Made by a program: the position numbers and the translations under genes. The notes beneath the pieces are model-generated. The model had not been told where the DNA came from. It worked only from the letters and a program-made list of their open reading frames with translations, and did no database searches. DNA of 58,149 bases from Octopus sinensis (Eukaryota). Shown here in pieces: positions 24,222 to 37,727 of this stretch (the stretch's first letter is position 1; every line of letters starts with the position of its first letter). Location: contig NW_021834931.1 in NCBI RefSeq assembly GCF_006345805.1, positions 1 through 58,149 of the forward strand, in the 5' to 3' direction.

Positions 24222-25075
24222 TCTTAAAGTCTTAAGTAGACTCTTTTAATTGTGTTATTTTTATTTGCCTTTCAAAAAAAATTAATGGAAAAAATTATGA
24301 AAGGTTTCGACCTGAAAGATTGATATTAGTCGGATTTGACAGAGGAAGACGGAAAAAAATAATTATAAATATTGTTTCATTGAGTGTTGCACACGGAGCT
24401 ATACATTATGGCTTTTGTAAAAGTGCTATAATAATACAAATGGTAAAAAATGGCTCTTCAATTTGTCAAAATTTCCAAGAATGTCAAAATTGGATCTTGT
24501 CCAAAATTGATCATGGTTATAATCGCAAGCTATCCGTTTGGCCGGGACCTAACGGTCCTCTGTCAATGCTCGCAAATCAATTTCGTCTTTCTTTCCGGAC
24601 TTTCTTATTTTCTTGATTATAAAATAAACAAAATTCAATGATATTTGACATTGAATGACATTGAGTGAGTTTAATTAGTCGCGTCTAGCGCTCACGACAT
24701 ATTAGACGATCTAATGTTTTTCGAATTAATAATATTTGGATTTCTTGATCAAAATGCCACGAGATCGATGACAAAATTATAGATTGGATCAATTTTTTAG
24801 AATCTAAAGAAATTATTATTGACAATTTACCAATTCTCACAAAACCGAAGAAATTTGCAGAAATATACTTTTTAAAAATTGCACTGGAACTGACAAAATA
24901 AACTTCTTATGATTGGGAAATATTGAAACAAAGACTTACACTTATAAATACACTGATCGAATAAAAACTTTTACTCATTATTCGGTGTTAAAGAAATTTG
25001 TTTAAAGATCTAGAAATTTTTTTAATATTTGACCGCAATAAACGAATAAGCTAATACTTCAGCGATTACATAATT

Positions 25076-25140
25076 CAGAGGTTCCCAACCTTTTTGAACA
25101 GCGACGCATATTTTAAAAAACAAATTTTTCGCAAACTAAA
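25076..25140 (+). mobile_element. Isolated hAT-like terminus
   Basis: CAGAGGTTCCCAACCTTTT resembles the other hAT TIRs in the window; no partner end found. Confidence 0.4.
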
Positions 25141-25173
25141 AAGTGTGTGATGTAAATAATGGCAATAAAAGTA

Positions 25174-25850
25174 TGTCACCGGTTGAGAGTGATTGCAGGC
25201 TGAGAACGATCGCGCAAAGTCGATTTTGCCGTTAACGCCGTTGATACGCAATATCGATTTCGCCGTAAACGCCGTGCCGTTGCTACGCTAAACGAAACCT
25301 CAAAAATATAGATTATCAACAAATTAAATTAATATAATCACAAAAATCATCACTTTAGATTTTTTAGTTTAAAAAAGAAAGAAAATTTTAATTTTTTAGA
25401 ATGGCTGACCTCATATGAAAATCGAAATTTTCCGAACACGTTACATAATTTTTTGTTATGAAGTTCGTTTTATTGACCCTACAGAAAAAGTCGGAAATTA
25501 TAGCATTTCTTAAGGATGGTGAAATGCCAGATGAAGTGATTCAGAATCAGAATGAGTCAAATTTTAGGAGAACGGCATCATTATTTAGATTGTCGGACTC
25601 TAAAAATGACATTCTTTACTTCAAAACTTCGGGAATTTTACTACGTACCTTCGCTCTCGAGGAAGTAGAAGAAAAGAAACTTTTTATTAAAAATCCTCAT
25701 TTAAAAAATGGACATCCAGGTCGAGACAAGCTGCTTTTTCTCCTTAAAGATACTGTCTATGGGTCTTGTCGGAATGAGGTTATGTCAGTTCTCAAATCAT
25801 GCTGCCAATGTCAGGCGAGAAAGCTTATGACAAAGTATTTATTATAATTA
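25174..25850 (+). mobile_element. Ginger2-like element, left end and integrase N-terminus, truncated
   Basis: Starts TGTCACCGG like the ends at 55517 and 56271; ORF 25458-25847 ends HLKNGHPGRDKL..VLKSCCQCQ (H2C2 zinc-binding domain). Confidence 0.75.
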
Positions 25851-26514
25851 TCTAATGAGTAGATTCTTTTGAGATGGCTGAGTCTGTTTATTGTTAATAC
25901 TGATAGCATCATTGAAACCCACATCCATGCTTGATATTTTCGCCAGTAATAATTTGTTTCGGTACTTATTTTTGATTCCAAACATTTCTGAGAATCCAAC
26001 TTTGCATAAATATGAATTAGAAAATGATGGAAGCAATTTAATAACCTTGATATGGTTGATTAATAATTTTGTAAAATTGATATTTTCGTACGGGTTTTTA
26101 CCTTTTGGACATAAAACTAATATAAATAAACGAAGCATAAGATACAAACACGAAAAGTTTAAACAACAAAATGTAGTGTGTGTATTATTATTAATTGCAC
26201 ATCTGCAACAACAAGAAACAAAGTTACGATCTTCTTATCGTTTGTGCCACACCCCGTAAGATTTTGTCTGTTAGACACCTCCACGCTCTTCTTGAGATTG
26301 CGATTTTTCGGAGGCTGTTTAGATCGTCTGTATTTTCCAGTAGCAATCCAACATGCTTAAGGTCGTTACTTAAGATTAATGATAATGTTGTTCGTGGCCT
26401 TTCTCGAGAAATTCCAGAGCATTGAAAGTATGTTTCCATGATGTTACTGGCAGGAAATGAGGAATCCATTCTTATTATGTGGCCAGAGAGTCCCCATCGG
26501 CTCTTAGTAATAGC

Positions 26515-27382
26515 CAGTGTTCCCTCTAAGCTGCGCGCGTGCGCGGCCGCGCAGCAGTTTGCACCTTGCTGCGCAGCGAAATTTTTTTCTGCGCAGTAGA
26601 AAGTATAATATTAAAAATTGCTATTTTTTTTAATTTTTTATATGAATTTATATATTCTTATTTTCATTTCAAAACGAAAACGTGTCTATAATATTGATAT
26701 GAGACTTAAGAAAAATTCTCCTTCTTTTAAGCCGGAATGGTTGATAGAGTACGTCGAAACCTTAACACCAGATTCAAAAATTCCCCAACATGTGCAACTG
26801 GGTGATATTTTTAGTTTTTCCGAAGACTGCGGAGTTGTTTGTAAAATATGTGGCGACGCTAAAGCGACTTGTGATTTTGCGAGTGGAAAAACCTGGGATA
26901 TATGGAAATTGGATTATCTGAAGAGACATATTACCCATAAAATTCATTCAGATTCAATAATAAAATTAAGAAGAATTCGAGCAGGAACTGGAAAAAATTT
27001 TCAGCCACTGCAACATTTGTGGATATTTGTGGCACATTTCAAGCGTCGAGTGCTGATGCTGAACGTGGATTTAGTTTGATGAACTGTATCAAAACTAAAC
27101 TACGTAATAGACTTGAGATTGACCATTTGGAGATGATCATGCGAATCAAGTTCTATTTAACAAGTGGGAATACAGTGGATCTTGATCGAGTATACAAATT
27201 TTGGATACAAAATAAAAACAGAAGAGAATATCCAATTGACTAGACCTATTTTTTTAACCATTGGTTTTTTAATTGTAAAATTTTCCCCCCCCCCAAAAAT
27301 TTTTTGCACACGTCACTTTATAACGCTGCACAATGCAATGTGCCCAGCGCGCATAGCTACCACTCGCTTAGAGGGAACACTG
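26515..27382 (+). mobile_element. hAT transposon (ZNF862/Tip100-like), internally deleted
   Basis: TIR CAGTGTTCCCTCTAAG; 8-bp TSD GTAATAGC; CKICGDAK zinc-finger fragment and SSADAERGFSLMN dimerisation motif. Confidence 0.92.
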
Positions 27383-28451
27383 GTAATAGCTGCATATAAT
27401 TGTTCTGTTTTGAAAACGGAGTATAAGTCTTGGTTCTTGATTCAGTAATGATCTTAGTTGTTTTCTGTGAAAAGCATTGAGATTTTCTACACATTTCTGA
27501 TTCAATTCCCATCTTCCTGAGTTGTATAGTAAAATGATGCAGGATGAAAGCATTGTACAAACGTACTTTTACGGGATTTGTGAGATGCATATAGCTTAGC
27601 CATGTCGATTTGAGCCTCTTCAGTGCTAATATTGACAGTATGTTTCTTCGTTGGACATCTTCCTAGTCATCAAGTAGTGACCCGACTTTTCTTGATCTCC
27701 TCCATATCTCTTCATTAACTTTACTTTCTCGTTTGACTGTAATGAACTCAGTCTTTTGTTCCTTCATTTTCAAAAACCACTCTCCAAATACTTCAGGAGC
27801 GTGTAGTCAAGTGCAATTCTGATATCATTCATTTCTTCTGAAACAAAATCTATATCGTCCGCATATATTAATATTTTTACATGGCCAATTTTAGCTCTCA
27901 GATCATGAAAAGCAGCTTCCAAATAGATGACGATAAGATCGGAGATAAGGAGTCACCTTGCGGAGTGCCGAGCCAACCCACACTTCCAGATCAGTATTCG
28001 CAACTAGGACACGTGTCATTCTCAAACTGTCGTCATCCAACAATTTTCCTAATAGCTGAATAAGTTTTCCCTGCAAACAGTATCAAACGCCCTAAATAGA
28101 TCTATCCCCAGTACGTGAACCGCCTTCCTGAACCTCTGTGTAATGGCACACATCCATCTGTGTGTCCACACAATATCCGCCGTAGTCCTCCCTCTTCTGA
28201 ACCCACTCTGTCCCACAGACAAGAATTTGTCCATGGTAGGAGAAATTCTATGAAGGACAATCAACCACAGTAGTTTTCGTAATGATGTTAAAAGAATTAT
28301 AGGCCAGAGATTTTCTACCGGCCCAACCGGCTTCCCTGGTTTATGTACAGAAATTAGAACCCCTTGTCCAACTGGAACGTGGGTATGTGTTGTAAATATG
28401 CCGTTTAGTATGTCGCATGAGCGAGTGAGTTTGGTGAGTATTTTAAAAGTT

Positions 28452-29717
28452 GTTGTTGTTGTTGTTGTTGCATAACCCCGGTCTCACATTAGGGTATGAG
28501 ACCGGCAGCTAGCAGAAACAACAGCGCCTTCGCGGGTTGCTCCCAAAGGACCTCGGGGGAGTGGACAGCAAATTTCCTGCGGACAGGGAGGAGAACAGGG
28601 CAGCGGAAAAGGTGATCAGTTGAGTGATCTTCGGCACAGCAGAGGTTGCATACCGGGGAGATCACGACGTTCAATGAGTGAGCGTAGGAGTTTAGTGAGT
28701 GGTGGTGGCCCGAGCGGAAACGAGCAAGGTTGATCTGAGCGGAACGCTCCAGAAGCATTTCGGAGGGGTGAACTTCCGGAGGAAGTTTGTTGAGGACAGA
28801 GTTAGGCTTCAGCCTTAGAATGGACGACGTTGAAATGAAGTCGTGGATTTTTTTCATTGGCTGTGAACATTGGTTTAGGCCATTGATTTTGGCAAGTACC
28901 CGGGAGTATAGTTTGGCAGGCGTGTTCTTCAATGCACGGCCGTTGTCATTTAGCGTGTTTAGGGCAGTGCAAGGGTGGTAGAGTTTTCGCGAAGCGAATA
29001 GGAATTGTGCTCCTCTCATGTTTAGATGTTCCTCTATCGGGAGGAGGTTGGTTTCACAGTGCAGATGGTCGATGGGTGTTGATTTCAGGCACCCGGATAT
29101 GATGCGCATGGCTTTGTTTTGAATTGATTGGAGAGCCACAGAGGAGCTCATAGAAAGACAGGGAGCCCAACTCGGACTCGCGTAGCTTAGGACAGGGCGA
29201 ATGTATTGTTTATACACACGTTTGAGAAGTGGTTTCTGCGCACCAGTGATGCGACCACTTATTGCTTTCAGGATATTTGTACGCCTGTTAGCCTTGTCAG
29301 AGATCTTCGAGACATGTTTATTGAAGGACATCGTTGGGTCGAAGGTTAGTCCGAGAACAGTGGGGTGTTTTGATAGTGGGAGAACAGAGCCAAAGAGAGA
29401 TAGGTTGGGATGTATGTTTGATTGTCTTCTGTCGGAAGATAATAGGGTGACCGAGGACTTGGAGGACGAGGCCTCGAGCCTGTTTTCTCTGAGCCAATTC
29501 TCAACGGAGTGGAGTTGTTGCTGAAGGTTGAAGGAGGCAGCTTTGTAGTCTTCGTGTTTTGAGGCAATAATAATGTCGTCAGCGTAAGATAGTGTCAAGT
29601 TGTTAGGGTCGTTTGCCGGGAAGTCGTGCAAGTAAAGATTGAACAGGGATGGAGACAGCACGGAACCCTGCGGTACCCCGTTTGGAAGATAGCGATAGCG
29701 TTTTGGAAGATAACTTC
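28452..29717 (-). mobile_element. 5'-truncated I/Jockey-group LINE with (CAA)n tail
   Basis: Open 390-aa frame GVPQGS..YADD..FRSGHH..CNLC..HLFRCP; (CAA)n tail; TSD TATTTTAAAAG(TT) at 28439 and 29718. Confidence 0.93.
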
Positions 29718-30248
29718 TATTTTAAAAGTTCTCCATTAATACCATCAATACGCGGATTCCTACAATTGTTCAATTTCCGCAGGGCAGTTTGCATTTCAGT
29801 GATATTAATTAAAACAGTTAAACTTCTAGGATCTCCAACAAACTGAAATATGTGTTCATCTTCATTTTTGAAGAGGGACTCGAAGTAAGTAGCAATTTTG
29901 TCGGCCATCTCTTTTTTATCAAACATCCTCCTTCCATAGTCATCGTGTAGAATTAATTTTTTGGGCCTTTTCGTTCTGTTTAGCAATCGAATAGCTCTGA
30001 ACATTTTTGGGCCATAACTGAGCTTTTCAACTTCTTTGGCATACTGTTCAAGTGTTCTTAGATGGAGTAAGCGTACTCTTCTTTTAATATTCCGTAGAAT
30101 GGAATTCCTCTTGTATTTTAGTTCTATTTTAACGTCCATATGCTTTGAATTCTTTATACGAAGTCGAAGATTTTTCTGTATTCTGGAGTATGCGTATGTA
30201 AAAATATAAATATTTCAAAAAAGCTCATATGAATTAAATTAATTTTTT

Positions 30249-31170
30249 TTTGTTGTAAACGATATTTTGCAAAAGTGTTAAAAGATTAATCGATGGGAGA
30301 ACCAGCGGCATGACGGATCGCCAAACTGTTCCCCCAGATAACAGCGATCGAGAACCGATGAAAAAGCCAGTCCACCTCCCGAGGATCGTGAATGCGCATG
30401 GAGATTTTGGCCCTGAGCTTGTAGAGGAACTTTTACGTCTTTGGACCAAGAGCACCCGAAGTCTCCATCGCTATCGGCACCACAAAAAACTCCTCCGAAA
30501 GGGCAGAATATTTGGATAGCTTTAAATCTTCAGCCTTCTTAGCAGCAGATTTAGCCTCCGGAGCAAACGAAGTTAGATGTGAAGCAAAAATATATCCCAG
30601 CAGGTTGCTTCCCATACGAGGCCTTTTCCGCACTTAAAAGGGAAAAGGGTCATCCCATTAGGACGTTTCCCGTCACCGCGGTAAAGACCCGGTGGTTCGA
30701 GAACCGAAGGAAAGCCCGCCAAGTCGAAGGTTCTCCGTATGATGTCATTCATAGCAGAGTGCCTCAGGAAACGTCCGGCACTACTCCTGCACGATAATGG
30801 ATGCAGACCTAAAGGGTCAACAGTGCAGCCACAACGACATACGTGCGGGACATATTGCCTTAGTCCGAGGCGCAAAGAGATTCCGATCCTTACCGATTCA
30901 TCATCGCGAAGAGTGCCAGATGGGGCGTTCAAGAATGCACAAAGCCAAGCTCCACTGCCCGGGGATGCTGCCGAAAGAAAGCAAGCGCGGCGGTGTTGGT
31001 TGGACGACTCGAGCAGCAGATTGAAAGTTTGTTTGCATCCTATTTGATCCCAAACTCGTTGAGACATTCGATCTTCCGAAAAGTCAAGACATTGTTTCCT
31101 CCAGACTTCGCTAAAATAGCCACATTTGTGTCCACAGAAAATTCAGAAAAGGAGCGTAGAATTTCTTATT
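30249..31170 (-). mobile_element. CRE-like retrotransposon, 5'-truncated, longest copy in the window
   Basis: SGAWL, CRCG..HPLSC, RHSAMND, KRPNGMT, KY..L..PIAMETSG, FSIAVIWGN; A tail; TSD AATTAAATTAATTTTTT at 30232 and 31171. Confidence 0.92.
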
Positions 31171-31436
31171 AATTAAATTAATTTTTTATATTTAAAATTT
31201 TTTGTGACACATCAAAATGTAGCGACACATAGGTTTGAAACCTATGTCATAATTCGTGAAAAGGAAATACGAAATGAACAGATTTTTACTAAGTATTTTA
31301 GATTTCAGTAACTAGAATAGTCTATTTTAATAAAATAAAATTTAGTGTTTATTTAAATTTTTTTTTATAAAAATTTAAATTTTAAAAGCATTTAGTTGTT
31401 TGTGTGCATTCTACCAATATTTATTTATAAATAATA

Positions 31437-34400
31437 ATGGCACACACTTATCTCGTAACCAAACAAAAAAGATTTTTTATGCAGCAAACAGCCCCGCCAG
31501 GCTATGTCCCAGGTGTAGGAAGAGGGTATGAAATATTTTTATAATCCAACAAGAGCAACTGGCTTCACTACACGTTCTGACATTGGACCAGCACGAGCAA
31601 TGGAAGAAAAGTAAAATTTATTAATTCTAATAAACCAGTGCTGATTCTTTCCCTAAAATGCCTAGAATTGATAATGAAAATCTAAATGACTCAAACTACG
31701 ATGAAGTATAACGATACAAAATAGTATTTTTAGTTCACGGGATATGCAGAAGCCATATGTAGTAAAGATCCATACGAGAAAGACGACGAGGAAGCCGACA
31801 AAATATACGAATTGATCGACAAAAGAATGGACGAGAGAAGGAAAGAAAGAAGAGAACGTAGGTCTAAACAGGAAACTGAAAAGTATCGAATGCTTAATCC
31901 CAAAATCCAGCAAAATTTTTCCGATCTAAAAGTGACGGCTTGTCTAATCTTTAGAGACAATTGGCCACGCTTACTGCAGAGGAATGGAATTCTATATCTG
32001 AGGTGGGGGATTCCAGGAATAAACGTGTTCGGAATCCACGACCAGAACAGTATGATTGACTTGTCTAATGTATATCAGATATACACCTATTCCGGACAAT
32101 ATTATTGCCGATACCATTAATAATCTGGGAAATGTGGGGAGTGTGAACTACCTGGAACAGGTTATGCTTAATTTGAGGAAATGGATGTAGAAATACGGAG
32201 GAGTCACAACTCCGTTCACAGGTGGAATCACTACTCCTGGGGATTTGGATATCCGCAAGATTGGCCAAGCTCGTAACGTTCTTATGGACATTAAACTTAC
32301 TAAGGTTTGTGAACTTATTTTATCTTTGAAAAATATTTTCTTATGCCAACACTAATTAGGTGTCGGATTCGGTGACTGGACAGACTGTGGTGGACCCCAA
32401 AGGCTATTTGACGGATATGCAGTCAATGATACCAAATCATGGAAGTGGAAGAGGAGGGAACCCGACTGATGAGAAGAGGATTCGAGCATTGCTAAAATCC
32501 GTACGTGAAACAAACCCAAAAAACCCTCAAGGTAGTCGAATCTAATCTACAGCTCAGCCTGGATTGCTTCTGTCCAAATGGAAGAAGTGACTGGGAAGAT
32601 TCAGCAGGCAAGGAATCTAATAAACACTGCCTGTGAAATGTGTCCGACCAATCAGGACGTGTGGCTAGAGGCATGTCGTCTGATGGTGAGTCTGTCCCGT
32701 TACTTGGTAGCCCATCGAGGATGCAAAGGTAACTGTTGCCCGAGGAGTGCGAAATGTTCCCACCTCTGTTAGACTGTGGATCAAGGCAGCTAGTTTAGAG
32801 ACTGAGTTGTACAAGAAGAAGAGAGTTCTCAGACAAGGTTTTTTTGATTATCTGATGAACCAAAGCTCTCATTGCTGTTCCAAATTCAGTCAAATTGTGG
32901 AAATTCGCGGTAGAATTGGAAGAAGAGGAAGACGCCAGACTTATGCTCACTCGAGCTGTTGAATGTTGTCCTGATAGTTCAGAGGTTTGATTTTCTTAGT
33001 TTATTTCTTAGCTGTGGTTGGCACTTGCTAAATTGGAGGATTATGAGAACGCTAGAAAGGTCTTAAATAAAGCACGTGAAAATATTCCATCTGACCGTCA
33101 GATTTGGATCACTGCAGCCAAACTCGAGGAGGCTCACGGAAATGTTAATAATGTAAAGAAAATCATAGAAAAAGGTTTTCTTTTCGTTTTAATTGTAGCA
33201 ATAACCTCTCTACGAGCCAACATGGTGGAGATCAACAGAGCTCAGTGGATGAAGGACGCAGAAGAGTGTGAGAAGGCAGCAGGAAGTGTGATAACAGCAC
33301 AGGCCATTATGTAATCTTTGATTAATTTATTTAAAGAAAATGTGTCATTGCAATTGACGTGGAGCCCGAGTATCAAAAAAGTACGTGGATCGAAGACGCA
33401 GAGACGGTTTTGTTGAGATGTAATTATTTGATTAGTTTATTGAGAATGAAAGTTTTGAATGTGCACGTGCCGTCTATCAACATGCGGTTGAACATTTTCC
33501 TAATAAAAAATCCGTTTGGCTCAACGCAGCTTTCTTTGAAAAGAAGCATGGCACCACGTAAGTATTATTTGTATATTTGATAGAAAATATATGAAGGAGT
33601 TGTTAGCTAAGGCAGTTGTTGGTTGCCCGCAGACTGAGGTATTGTGGCTGATGTTTGCAAAGGCAGAATGGCTGGAGGTTATATATCTTACAAATATAAT
33701 AGGGAAATGTTCCAGAAGCAAGAAATATCCTCTCGAAGGCTTTCGAAGCTAATCCCAACAGTGAGGAGATTTGGTTGGCGGCAGTTAAGCTTGAAAGTAA
33801 GAACAGCGAGTTTGAGAAAGCGCGAAGCCTTTTGGAAAGAGCCAGAATATCTGTCTCTAATCCTCGAGTTGGTGTCTATTTGTACTATTGGTAAGATTTG
33901 GACAAAATCTGTGTCTTTGGAAAGACGTCTTGGTGAGTTGGAGAAGGCACGTGCTCTTGGTTTGGAAGGACTAAAGAAACATCCTGAATCCGCCAAACTC
34001 TATTTACTGATGGGTCGACTATGCGAAGAGCAGAATGACATTCAAGAGGCACGTCGATTTTACCAATGTGGAGTCCGAAAATGTCCAAATAGTCTACAAA
34101 TTTGGATTATGAGTGCTCAAATGGAACTTAGACTAAACGTAGCCACAAAGGCTCGCAACATTTTGGAGACAGCAAGACTAAAGAACCCAAAATCTCCCGA
34201 ATTGTGGCTAGAATCCGTTCGTTTGGAACGTATTCATGGAGAACAGAAGACTGCATCTTGGTTAATGTCAAAAGCACTTCAAGAATGTCCCCAATCTGGT
34301 GTTTTGTGGGCTGAGGCTGTTTATATGGAAGACAAACCGCAGAGAAGAGCTAAATTGGCGGATGCATTCAACCATTGCGAGCACGACCCTAACGTACTCT

Positions 34401-34693
34401 TGGCAGCTGGGCGAACTTTGTGGAGCATGGGTGTTACAGCTAAGCCAAGGACGTGGTTCCAGAGAGCAGTTAATGTGGATTCGAGTTTTGGCGATGCTTG
34501 GGCGACGTTGTATAAGTTTGAATTGAAGTATGGGACAGTGGAAGAGCAACTGAGAGTGTTTAGAGAGTGTGTGCGTAATGAACCAAGGCATGGAGAGTTT
34601 TGGAAGAGAATTTCAAAGAAACCTGAGAATTGGATGCTAAAAACTGAGGATATTCTACCTCTTGTTGCTACCTCTATACCTGAAATAATTTAA
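31437..34693 (+). CDS. PRPF6: Pre-mRNA-processing factor 6 (U5 102-kDa HAT/TPR protein)
   Basis: [12 protein letters not shown]|[14 protein letters not shown]; [12 protein letters not shown]; [10 protein letters not shown]; HAT repeats; [12 protein letters not shown]; about 17 short introns. Confidence 0.98.
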
Positions 34694-35379
34694 TTTTTGA
34701 TTAGTTGTAACTATTAGTTTTTTCACATTCTTAATAAATTGATAAGTAATTTGACATTTACTGCCTATTCGTTTTCCGTGATACGACTTAATCGTTGTAG
34801 TTTTCAATTTTTAGCTTTTCTATTTACTGGGATATTGTATGTTTTAGTGTTTATTTTATTGGTTTTGATTAGTGATTCAATCTTTGAGAAAGCTCGATGA
34901 TCACATCTAAGCTTTTGATGAAATATATTTTTAATAAGCACAACGCAACATAACGTTAGTAAAGTTATCTCGCTTGTGCCACCCTGTCCTGGATGCGTTT
35001 TGTTAATTACTTCCAAGTCCCTCTGTTCCTCGATAGTTCCCTCAGGTGCTCAAGATTGTCTGCTGATTTCAACTTTTTTCCAATCAAGGTGATGAAATAT
35101 ATGTTAGAATCTATTTAGATACAATTAAAAAATTGAGTTTCAAAATGTGTTTATAGAGTTCTTTTGCTTTACTCAAGTATATTTTAGTTCATTGTAACGG
35201 AAATGCATATGATTTTTTAATATATTCTTTTTTTGCCAATTTCCTCAAATTTTTCTTTACATGTTTCATAATCACCTAAGGATCCAAAAAATTAATAATA
35301 ACAAGGGATAAGATAAATTTTAGATGTTTTTAATGCCTTTTTTCATTGACTTAAACGATTTTACAATAAGCCAAGAATA

Positions 35380-35670
35380 TTATTTATTTTTAACAAAGTT
35401 TTTAAGAGAATTCCTTGTCTATATATTGTTGCACAAGTAGGCCTCTAAACATTGATATTAAGGGAGTCAGATGGAGACTTTTTGGGCATATTCTGCGTAT
35501 GGATATCGTTGCTCTAGCTTATGTGGCGATTGAGAATTATTTCATGTTCGGAGGGGAATGCTTTTGTGGTCGAACCAGGAAAAGCTAACAGGCGGGTGCA
35601 TTGAGATCAATTGCTCATGACCGTGGTAGATGGAAGAGAATAACTAATAACATTGTTTCCTGTGTCTCAC
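35380..35670 (+). mobile_element. RTE-like LINE 3' remnant
   Basis: RWRLFGHILRMD..AYVAIENYF..LRSIAHDRGRWK. Confidence 0.65.
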
Positions 35671-35759
35671 ATGCCTTGCTATAATTGTTATGGCAAGGGG
35701 AAAAGTGCTTAATAATAACGCATTTACAATGGTAAATCATATAATAGAAAGTTTTAATT

Positions 35760-36598
35760 CATAGATTACGTCGTTGCTGTCATTGAAGAGAGTGCTACTC
35801 TTAGCTCATTAGTCACTACTAAACGAGTTCGATATTTAGATTTCATTGCAGCTAGTGCAGAAAATTCAGTTTCGCATAAATGTGAGGTAGCAAATGGCAA
35901 CAAAACTTTCAGTGCTTTATCCGACAAAATTTCATATTCACCCAAAAATAAATTAGCGGTTCCTTCTCAAATTTTTGTTTCAATAATGTATCACATAACA
36001 ATTCTATAAATTGTTCTTTTTCAAAAGTTGTCAATGCAAATTCATTATCTTCATCAATAAATGGATTCTGTATCCATTCTAACGTTTTACAGTCGATATC
36101 TTTAAAATAATGAGCAAAATGCTTCAACAAACAATCCAAATGTTCAGCAAATATGTCTTTGTTTGCTTCAATGTTCACTATTGCGGAGAAGGTATTTGAA
36201 AGTGGAAACATGTCATAGATATTTTTTGTATATTTGATTTCCATAATACCAATTTTTTCATAAATGCTTTTATTTTGTCCTTTTGAGCGAATAAATGTAG
36301 TTGTGGTCCATGCATTGATTTATTCAATATACTCAATTTCCCAAAAATGTCAACCAAGTAGGCAAATTTGACAATACAGTCATCATCCCTGAACAATTTT
36401 GCATCTTCAATATCATTTTCATCAAGAAAATCTGCAACTTGATCTCACCCTTCGAATCACTTTTGCATGTGTTAAAATTATTTAAATTAAATAAATTTTT
36501 GATTTTCTAAAAAAATGTTTCTGATATGTTTTTCGAGCCTCCCTTGACACGAGTCAGCGCCCCCTAGGGAAGCGCGCCTCATCATTTTGAAATCTCTG
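35760..36598 (-). mobile_element. hAT transposon (ZBED5/Buster-like) remnant
   Basis: FAYLVDIFGKLSILN, WIQNPF and LPFATSHLCETEFS fragments; one CAGAGATTTCAAAA terminus at 36598; other end not found. Confidence 0.8.
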
Positions 36599-36701
36599 GA
36601 TTACAAAATGCCTACAGCACAGGAAATAGCATCACTACTGACCATAGTAGAAAATACCTAATTTAAATTTTAAACGACAAAAAATTATTTAAAAAAATCG
36701 T

Positions 36702-37101
36702 TCAAAAAACTCGATACTTTTTTTTAACACCAGCTGTTTCCAACTTGCGTTCAGTGCGAGATTTGTTGGAAATTACTTCTCGCTTTTTGCGTAATTCTTT
36801 TGTGAATTGATTAACACGATTAGAATTTTCTCGCATTTTTTGCATCATTTCCATAAAATCCAAATGTGAATCACTACAAAGTAAGATAGTAATAATACCG
36901 ATATAGACCATAATTTCTGAGAGTTCGTGATAAATGATCCCACGTTCTATACGGTGGGTAATAATTCACATATTGTTCCTCCTTATAAGGGGGTTTTGTT
37001 GCAAATAGCTTATATATTTTCTGATCACGTGGGTCACTAGAATAGTCTCCAAATATCTTTGCCGAGAGAGCTTTCATTTTTCGAGCATATCGAGAAGTCA
37101 T
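36702..37101 (-). CDS. MRPS33: Mitochondrial ribosomal protein mS33
   Basis: MTSRYARKMKALSAKIFG..YYP..LRNYGLYR|DSHLDFME matches the animal mS33 pattern; one 27-nt intron. Confidence 0.88.
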
Positions 37102-37499
37102 GAAATTGCCAACAAGAAATTAGATAATTCAAATAATTTCTATTTTTATTGGATTAACATATTTATAGACGATTAAAAAATAAAAGAGATGTGGAGACTG
37201 TGGTCAATTTATTGAGATAATAAACACAAATCATCAAACTTTGAAATCTTGAATGTTTTCAACCATTACTTTGCGTATTTTTTAGATTAATAACAATGAG
37301 ACAACGATGATATTTTTTTAATTAAGCTCTTATTACCCACGTATTCCATTTTTAAAATTCTGGTTTCTGATAATCTATAATCTTTACACATTTTATTTAT
37401 TCCAAACAACCAAATATTTAAGCGATATAACAATTTTTTAACGCGTTTAAGTATTTTTTGAAAAACCGGTTTTTAAAAATTGAATTTTGGTAACACTCT

Positions 37500-37727
37500 T
37501 CATAAAATATTCCTGTTCAATTTTTTTAAACAATATTCAAGTTCTGTTTCCAGTTCCGTCTGTTCCTCAATAGTTTTTTCAGGAGCCCAAGGTCGTCTGT
37601 CGATGTCAACCCTTTTCCAATCGAAGTTAGGTCTTGATGTAAAACTGATGGGAGGTCTTCCTCTGAAGGTCAATCCAAGATAAGGATCGTGGAAGTGCTT
37701 CATAGAGGTTAGTCGGAGTCCTTTCAA
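37500..37727 (-). CDS. Orphan short protein or terminal exon
   Basis: Open 75-codon frame, GC-richer than the flanks, preceded by an acceptor-like TTTTTGAAAG; no family recognised. Confidence 0.4.
   Translation of the reverse strand: MKGLRLTSMKHFHDPYLGLTFRGRPPISFTSRPNFDWKRVDIDRRPWAPEKTIEEQTELETELEYCLKKLNRNIL

Larger units (their letters stand above)
26170..30200 (-). mobile_element. RTE-like LINE carrying two nested insertions
   Basis: GINGELLKY, GQSGFRRGRTTAD, LGIDLFRAFDT, YADD, and C-terminal RPRTTL..DL..R.AW; frame continuity across the inserts. Confidence 0.88.

Noticed and set aside
33644-34693. ORF-track 349-aa protein as a standalone gene
   Set aside because: Its N-terminal part is off-frame read-through of introns; only the part from 33896 is the last exon of PRPF6.
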